Shown here in pieces: positions 57,174-64,000 of a stretch of DNA of 64,000 bases. The stretch comes from Balanoglossus misakiensis (lineage: Eukaryota > Animalia > Hemichordata): positions 4,481,434-4,545,433 of the forward strand of contig CM082593.2 of the NCBI GenBank assembly GCA_040954595.2, in the 5' to 3' direction. The position numbers and the translations under genes were made by a program. Every line of letters starts with the position of its first letter. Positions within the stretch are counted from its first letter, which is position 1. The notes under the pieces were generated by a model. That model had not been told where the DNA came from. It searched no databases and saw nothing but the letters and a program-made list of their open reading frames with translations.

Positions 57174-57703
57174 ACAGCAAGAGCACAGAAAAGACTGGAA
57201 GGTTGTCAGATTGATGGATATGGAAGTTAGGCTTCCTATGATATCCCGAAAGAATGAACAATATCAGCAATTCTGTTCAATGTCACTTTCAGAAAAATTG
57301 GATTTATCATACTAGCATTCACTGCAAACATCTCAGTCAAAAAGACACAATAATTGACAGCACCACCTGAAACTGTTACCATACCACTTAAATTGGGGAT
57401 CTCAAGTTGTTTTATTCCTCAAATATTGACTCGTGATTCTAAGCATCATTACACACCAAAGAAGTTGCTCGTCTGTTGGTAATGTATGTACAGTAGGAAT
57501 GAACTTCATTGGACTTTGGCTCAGTACTACACTTCGTAATTGTATATGTCTTTTAAAACAAATTTTCTGTCTCTGAAATTTTGTGTTTCTGTGTAAATTA
57601 AGGTAAAATAATTTATAAAAAAACGTCAATAAAGACTATGAAAATGTCTGTCAGATTATATCGATTTCTGTACGATTTTTGATTTTTTTTCCAACTTCTA
57701 TGT

Positions 57704-58916
57704 CTACCAAAGGGCTTTGATCATTTCAATATCCTCTATCATGTACTTCACGAAAAATAAGGTTATGATCTGGACTATCAACACAACACCAATGGCTACT
57801 GATACAATAATTATGTTCTGCAGCAACCAATAACTGATGGCCGCACTGCAGCCGTCGATCCAGATGGTTCCGTACCAATCCGTTTCGGGCAAACTGCGCA
57901 CCCCGTACCCGCACTGGTAGTTGATGACGTCACTGTCATCCGGCACGCAGCAGGAATAAGGTACGCCGCACGCCATGGCCGCCGGCGAGGTGCAGTTGAA
58001 ATACCTGAAATAGACGTTGAAAAAAATGGAATTACATGTATCGTATTGCGTGGAAATCACTATATTGTCGAAGAACAGACACCGTTTGCAGTGACGAAGT
58101 ATTAAAACTTCAAGTTTGGGGTGCATGCTTGATAAAAGTGGAACCCGAATACTGGTGTTTACCTGTTACCGTCCCAGTCGTCAGGATGTGCAGCACCACA
58201 ACAACGCAATCCGCTTTGCATATTATCCAACAGAAACTGGACATCGGGATCATCTGTAAAGAAAGCAAAACCAGTAAGTAGATTTTCGATACAGAAACAT
58301 GGTCTAGATCTGTTAGATTGGGAAATGTGGTGTGTAGAGAACATTCACGTCTGAAAACCAAATGTACTTTTTTGTAGCAGTGGCAATACGATGTATGGCG
58401 GAGAGCGAAGCAGACTGGTGTGCACCTGTTTTGAGATGAGCAATTTATCATATACTTTGGCCAATTAGAAGCGAGGCCACGTTCAAATGAACATAGCCTA
58501 CCCATGTAGTCGTAGACGGCCTTCTCAATCCAATTGCCCATGATGCTGTCCGCTTCTGTCTTGTAGAGTATGGCCAGTACCAACGCTGTTATCTCCAGCA
58601 GAACGATAAGGCCTAGAGCGTAGCAGAAAAACTTCAAGAGGCACGTGTTTTCCCTCAGCGCCCCGATGCAACCAGCGAACGAGATGACGAACATGACGCT
58701 GCCGAGGAGGACGAACATCCACATAGGGTCGACAACCAGTCCGGTGATTTCGTTCAGGCCCGCGTTCTTCTTGCTCACGAGTCCCCAGATTCCAAACGCC
58801 AGCAGTAACGCTCCAGCCAACCAAAAGATGAAGTTGTAGAAGAAGAGGCTGTATTTGACACACTTGTTGACGTCACCCTGCTGTTGCCTAGCACGACGTT
58901 TCTGAGAGGTAGCCAT
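57704..58916 (-). CDS. Tetraspanin, TspanC8 subfamily (TSPAN5/14/17/33-like), 268 aa; exons 58916-58502, 58253-58163, 58004-57704
   Basis: Four TM segments, with CVKYSLFFYN and GCIGALREN motifs. The large loop has CCG, DW.GNRYFNC, CGVPYSCC, QCGY and DGC, giving 8 cysteines. Junctions are phase-consistent (807 nt). 5' UTR acceptor at 58995/58994; candidate upstream donor CAG|GTGAGT at 61109/61108. Confidence 0.93.
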
Positions 58917-59221
58917 CTTTTCTGTTCTTTTCTGTCGATTCCAAAGTTATCAAATCAAATCAAACTAAAATGATCAAATCAGACGCCAATATCCCTGCAA
59001 ATAAACATAAGAAATACCCAACTCGCAGTTAATGTCATTTCGTACATGAAATTTTGTCTGTTCCTTGGTAATACAAGAGCATCTGAAAATTCTAGCAAAA
59101 TCTCTAATCTTTCGTCGTAAGTGTCAAAATGCGGGTGTATTTATAATAACTGCATTTCAATCACAACTTTTGCTGACTAGTTTGCCGCCTTTTTGAAGTA
59201 CTATGTACCTTTGGGAAATCT

Positions 59222-59240
59222 GTTACTATGGAAACTTTCC
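59222..59240. promoter_or_regulatory. RFX X-box-like motif overlapping a GGAAACTTTCC palindrome
   Basis: GTTACTATGGAAAC (59222-59235) matches GTTNCYATGGNAAC. It lies in the putative first intron of the tetraspanin. Motif match only. Confidence 0.3.
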
Positions 59241-60061
59241 ACTGTTCGAATAGGTGTCCTGTCGTGCAGTCGTGATTGAGTCGTGAATGATTCAAAGCCC
59301 AAATCCCCTTTCAATTTTAATGGCTATAACTTGGATATTAACAGTCATTCATTCTTAATAACTGATCGATTGCTCATTCCATATTTTGAATTTAATTCTT
59401 TGTGACTGATACGTATAAAGGATAAAAATATAGCTTGTTTAATTTCTTAGATTTTTGAATAGTTAATATTTTGCTTACGGGAGAAAGTTTTTTATGCATT
59501 GGGGCCTATCAGCCATGGATATTGTCGGGAATCCGGCGACGGACTTTCCTGACAAGTTCGATTTTGGTGCCATGGATACACAACATCAACGCAACTACTA
59601 AGAGTATCCAATTTCTTTCAACAGTATTAAATTATACCCCCTAAAAATGGAAATAGTATCTTTATCCCCAACCCATCTCATGTTTGTGTAGGTTGTTGAG
59701 ATGTAACGTTTTCCGTAAATGTCACGTATAAACCATAAACTCTATACGCTATCGCCATTTTGGATTTCCCAGAGCAAAAGAAGATTTCAGATGGGCTAGC
59801 TTAAAGTCACAGTGACCGCGTCCTTGAAACTATTTTCGAAATGTATCGTGATTTTATGCTTTTAGACTGAAAAAAATCTGTCATTCTGGGAGGTCGCACG
59901 GGAGAATGCTCAGAGCGCCCTCCAACGACAAATTCCTCATTCTGTTACACTCGGTGAGAATCGTGGTATAAGACACGAATTAGAAAATTTGATTGAATAA
60001 ATATCTTGTAGTGCCCCCCCCCCCAAAAAAAAATATGGCAGCCACCGTAAAAGTACGTTCA

Positions 60062-60246
60062 GGCATCGTGGCCTATTATTGGTGAGGGGTACGTACCAGA
60101 CTTACCAATCTGATTAAAATCAGATGTATGGAATTGAACGGCGACTCACACGTAAGTAAAAGACGTCGCCGTTCCCTACGTCTGATTTTAATCAGATTGC
60201 ACACTTACAATCGGAGGGTTGTGGATTCGAGACTCAGACGTGGTCG
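60062..60246 (+). mobile_element. Degenerate tRNA-derived (SINE-head-like) sequence interrupted by a foldback MITE
   Basis: With the MITE and one TSD copy removed, the sequence reads A-box-like TGGCCTATTATTGG, anticodon-arm-like CCAGA-CTTACAA-TCGGA and B-box-like GGATTCGAGAC at tRNA-like spacing. Confidence 0.4.
60106..60199. mobile_element. 94-bp foldback MITE, Mutator-like (9-bp TSD)
   Basis: 23-bp TIRs CAATCTGATTAAAATCAGATGTA / TACGTCTGATTTTAATCAGATTG (1 mismatch), plus inner arms GAACGGCGAC / GTCGCCGTTC. Flanked by CAGACTTAC (60097-60105) and CACACTTAC (60200-60208). Confidence 0.8.
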
Positions 60247-62215
60247 TTTATTTTTTTTTTTTATCAGAGGAAGGTGATTTCATGGACGCGATGCTGTGCC
60301 ATTTAGCAAGGCACTTTACTTCTAAATTACTTATCCCTCAAATATGGAAGGGGCAAGTCACACTGTGCACGTACGTTACACCCTTACTTAATAATACGTT
60401 TCCGCATAAACGACGATAAGCCTTGAAATTTGCGTCATTTTAATCTCCACAAAACCTCGTTTAAAATACCGTTTGGCGGAAATCCTCGTATTCCAATGAA
60501 AGTTTAAAACCTGGTTGTAAGCAGGTTTCAAGTTACCTGTACGCCTCCCTCATGTTTACGCAATAAATGTCCTTCATTTTGCGAGATAAATCAACAACAA
60601 TATCTATGCATATGATAATATAGGAAACAAAGCGTCAGGGATGAGTTGAACATGCCCTATAAAATACTTTAATTTTTTAAAGAATTTCGCGGACACGATC
60701 TTTTAGCGCTGTATAATAAAGGGAAATACTATTATAGTTAATGCGGATGTTGTCAAGTATTAAATTCATTAATATGAAATAACTTTACCATCAGAAGATG
60801 AGGAATCTCACAGGCATATACCCCATAAAACGCGGTCGTATAAATTGAGAATCTCAGAACTTATATGACTGTCCTTACGACAAGACCGATATTCCATTGA
60901 TCTGAGACAGTTATATGACAGCGGTGACAAAGATAACCGATACCAACTAGAAATTGGTCGTCTCGCAAGATATGGACGTGACCCGATAAATTGTGATGCA
61001 GGGTGACATTCGTCCATGGGGTGTTAAGACGTTGAAAAGAATGTGGGGGGAAATGATCTTGAGTACAATGTATTGGTAACCGCTCGTTCGAATCAAGTAA
61101 TAACTCACCTGTTATTTTGGTCAGAGAAGGCGGCTGGCGGCGGCCATAGCGTGTAAAGGTCAAAATAAGCTTCGCTGTGCGGCAACCAAGTGTACAAACA
61201 CAAGAGATTATGTCGGAATCCGGCTTAGAGACGGGATATGTAGATTCGGACAAATCGTTCAATCCGCCTTAGCTCAAATCAATCGGAAAAATCGTTGAAG
61301 ATCCACCACATTGGACGGATTCTTGCGAGACAACAGCGTGCTCAAATCAGGTCAATACAATGTTGGCTTTGCGCAATGTGTGGAGGGGGGGGGGGGACTT
61401 TGCTAACACACAGTGCTCATTGACAAAAACAAGTTAATGAATCACCGCCCAAAACATGACGCCACCGTTGTGTTTGATTATAAACTAAACTTGTCAATAA
61501 TTTATCTACATTGTGGAGGGTAGTATGCATGCGTGTACAGAGATTAACAAACTCATCCAGTCACAATGGTCTTTAAACTTATACAGAATGCAATAACGGA
61601 TCAAAAATGTTCGATTGACATGGTTGACGCAAATAACAAAACTGTCGGAGGCGCAGCGGGCTCTATTTCATTTGATCAAAATTTAAGTATAGGAGTTAGA
61701 AATAAATTAGACATTGGAAGCTGTGCTTATGCAGAATTAAATTTATTTATTTATTACAGATACGACTGAGAATGAAATACACAGAACGACGTTAGCATAC
61801 GACGTTATGAAAAAAATCAAAAGAAAAGATCAGGGTCAAAATATAAAGATGGATGACTGGAAGATATACTTTACATATTAAGTTCGATTTGACACATACG
61901 GGGCTCACTGAGTATCAGTTTTTTTTTTCTGAATCAAAAAATATACAAAAATACATATCACACGAAATTTTGAGAGGTATTTCGAATTCCCGAACAAACA
62001 GAGGTAAGTTTATTTTTTTATCCAAAGCGCTCGATCGTCTGGGGGGGGGGGAATGAGGAGGAATCATGTGATGTAGTGTTCGGCTCCCAGTATGTGTTCA
62101 TGTTTTGTCAAGTTCACGTGATGATGTGTGAACTCTGTAGCCAGGTTGATGACGACCACTTCTTTCTCTGACGTCACAGCGATCGGATTCTCAATGCACC
62201 AATCAGTGTTTTTTT

Positions 62216-62629
62216 TCACACATCACGAGTATCTGGATATCGAGCGGCTTTATGTTTTCGTTTACGGTTGCAGTTGCTTTCAACGCATTTCTTGGTACAT
62301 TTCTGTACATAGGGTTGCCACGGTGAGTATTTTCTAAAACACCAGTTGTGACAAGTACCTTGGCAGCCTGCAGGCGATGAGCGAGTAATCTTTTTAGTTA
62401 TTACTTCCGTCTGTTGGTGAAGAATTCCATCCAGTGCAACTTTGAAGGCCACTGTGTTGCCATGGCTACCGCTAACACCTGAGAGATTTTTGTCGACGCC
62501 CACGTTGTCCCTTTTACGACTGTCGTAAACGAGATGACCTTTGACCTCACGTGGAAAATCCGAAAAAGCCAACACATTTAAAGCGAAGCTTACGGAGAAG
62601 ATACACACAATGACAGTGATGGTTACCAT
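62216..62629 (-). CDS. Secreted cysteine-rich prepropeptide, 137 aa (signal peptide, propeptide, 6-Cys mature peptide)
   Basis: Good Kozak context (GCTACCATGG). Hydrophobic signal MVTITVIVCIFSVSFALNVLA. Basic sites RKR, KKITR and RKR. Cys framework C-x3-C-x3-C-x13-C-x3-C-x4-C. Upstream acceptor at 62665/62664, donor TAG|GTAAGA at 63245/63244, TATA box, and downstream AATAAA at 62009-62014. Confidence 0.78.
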   Translation of the reverse strand: MVTITVIVCIFSVSFALNVLAFSDFPREVKGHLVYDSRKRDNVGVDKNLSGVSGSHGNTVAFKVALDGILHQQTEVITKKITRSSPAGCQGTCHNWCFRKYSPWQPYVQKCTKKCVESNCNRKRKHKAARYPDTRDV

Positions 62630-62883
62630 GGTAGCTTTTGTAGGATTTAGGCGGTGAAAAATTCCTGTTGATATGAAACAAAGGTTGTTGAGGAATTAGA
62701 ATGCAAAATCACTGAATTTTCGGCAAAAAAAAATGATTTTTGTCAGTACTGCCGCGTCGACCCTGTACAGTTCCGATCAAGAAAACGGATGAGTTTTGGT
62801 TGTGGCTACGAAAATAAGCAATGCATTCGTTAAAAAAATCAGCAATAAATGAACGAAACTTCTCGCGAATTTAAGCATCTTAA

Positions 62884-63074
62884 GGTGGCATTGCTTGAAA
62901 AGTTGTGATTTTTGCCAAATTTTACTTTTTTTACATAAATCGGTAGGTCTAATACTGACCCACATTCTGACAAATTCAGCTTCCAGAATATGTATGGTTT
63001 ATAGGGGTTTTAACGTTGTCTTTGATGAGAAATAGGCCTCTGAAAAAGTCTTGACGGTTTCGTGCAATGCCACC
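62884..63074. mobile_element. Kolobok/T2-type MITE (191 bp) in intron 1 of the peptide gene
   Basis: TTAA TSDs at 62880-62883 and 63075-63078. Perfect 11-bp TIRs GGTGGCATTGC / GCAATGCCACC. Confidence 0.85.
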
Positions 63075-63244
63075 TTAAATCAAGACTTATCCTCTCTCTT
63101 CAAACCAAATTTAAAGATAATTAATCGATTAAAAACAAGTTTCGTTAAAGGTGGATCTCAACCTTGATTTTGGGATTGAAAGTGTTGATCGAAGCTAAAC
63201 ATATAAGTCAAAATGAATACTTGTACAAAAGCGGAATATCTTAC

Positions 63245-63498
63245 CTAGGTGGACTAATTCTTGCTGTCGCTTTAACAACACAAAGCGTTAAGTGAACCAT
63301 GGAATGCAGGCAGCAAAAGCTGAGTAAATTGACTCCCAAAATGTCGATTTATATACTAGTGTGAGACGTCGCCTGTGTAACGCCTTGATAGAATGTCACT
63401 AAAATATTCAAGCGGTGTGTGTTATCCTCTTAACGGAACAAATCTGCCGATCGAGTCGACGTTTGTGCTTAAAGCAGTTGTCATGAAGTTTCCAGGAA
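63245..63498 (-). promoter_or_regulatory. Non-coding exon 1 and TATA promoter of the peptide gene, with STAT (GAS) site
   Basis: Minus-strand TATATAAA at about 63348-63355 lies 25-30 nt before an Inr-like TTACTCA (about 63321-63327). TTCCAGGAA is at 63490-63498. Confidence 0.55.
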
Positions 63499-63962
63499 AT
63501 TGCTAACAAACACGTGGGATTAATATAATTTCGTTAATACGACTTGCATTAATACACTTAGTTAAAGCTGCAACTCGATATTACCGGATATAGGATTGCA
63601 CTTATTTATGACAAATGGCCCCCAAAATTAAAGAAAAATCTTGTTACGTATTGAACGTAGGAAAAGGTGCACATTGTCCACTGGTAATCAAAAGAAACCA
63701 ATTTTGATTCACAAAACAAAACAACTTTAGAGCAACTATCATAGGAAATATGATCCAATCGTTCACATGTGTCGAGTATAATGAGCAGGCTGCAAAACTG
63801 ACGTTATTGGCCACAGTGGTAGCAGAACACGTCGGGATGACATGCGCCCTCCTGAGGCTGACAGGCGGAATGAAAACGATTGACTGGCGGGCCCGGAAAT
63901 TAGAAACCATCCTCGTTCCCGAGCATGATGCAAAGAAGTGTTACTTTTGAAGTTTCGTGTGG

Positions 63963-64000
63963 ATTCATTCATTCATTCATTCATTCATTCATTCATTCAT
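63963..64000. repeat. (ATTC)n microsatellite running off the window end
   Basis: attcattcattc... continues to position 64000. Confidence 0.95.

Noticed and set aside
58110-58501. C-terminal half of the 268-aa track ORF 58110-58916
   Set aside because: This is read-through into intron 1. The real tetraspanin splices at 58502 to the CCG exon in another frame.
60100-60105. Minus-strand GTAAGT as a tetraspanin 5' UTR donor
   Set aside because: It coincides with the MITE target-site duplication. The CAG|GTGAGT donor at 61109 is a better candidate.

Overview
Eukaryotic DNA with GT-AG spliceosomal introns, AT-rich, from a metazoan; a marine invertebrate bilaterian is my inference only. The window has two compartments. 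About 1-33 kb is gene-poor and CpG-rich. It holds a young 5'-truncated non-LTR retrotransposon (intact 917-aa endonuclease+RT frame, RTE-X-like, 3061-5967), a Helentron/HINE-like end, microsatellites and scattered orphan splice signals, and is closed on the right by same-orientation CTCF-like motifs near 32 kb. About 33.7-63.5 kb is a tight cluster of five genes whose exons I assembled by hand: MELK (minus, 14 coding exons, 656 aa); head-to-head with it, an uncharacterised 1011-aa acidic/RS-rich protein ending in a CCDC9-like coiled coil (plus); directly behind that, a 358-aa protein with two matrin/U1-type zinc fingers (plus), whose first visible exon opens with a splice acceptor just after the upstream gene's poly(A) signals; a convergent TspanC8 tetraspanin (minus); and a small secreted prepropeptide with an unusual C-x3-C-x3-C-x13-C-x3-C-x4-C cationic peptide, a TATA promoter and a perfect STAT site (minus). 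Several MITEs (Kolobok/TTAA-type, Mutator-like foldback, pogo-like) are present. The best novelty candidates are the Cys-rich secreted peptide and the possible co-transcribed pair of nuclear RNA-processing genes. No CRISPR array, rRNA or intact tRNA was seen. No database searches were run; all family calls are by motif recognition.
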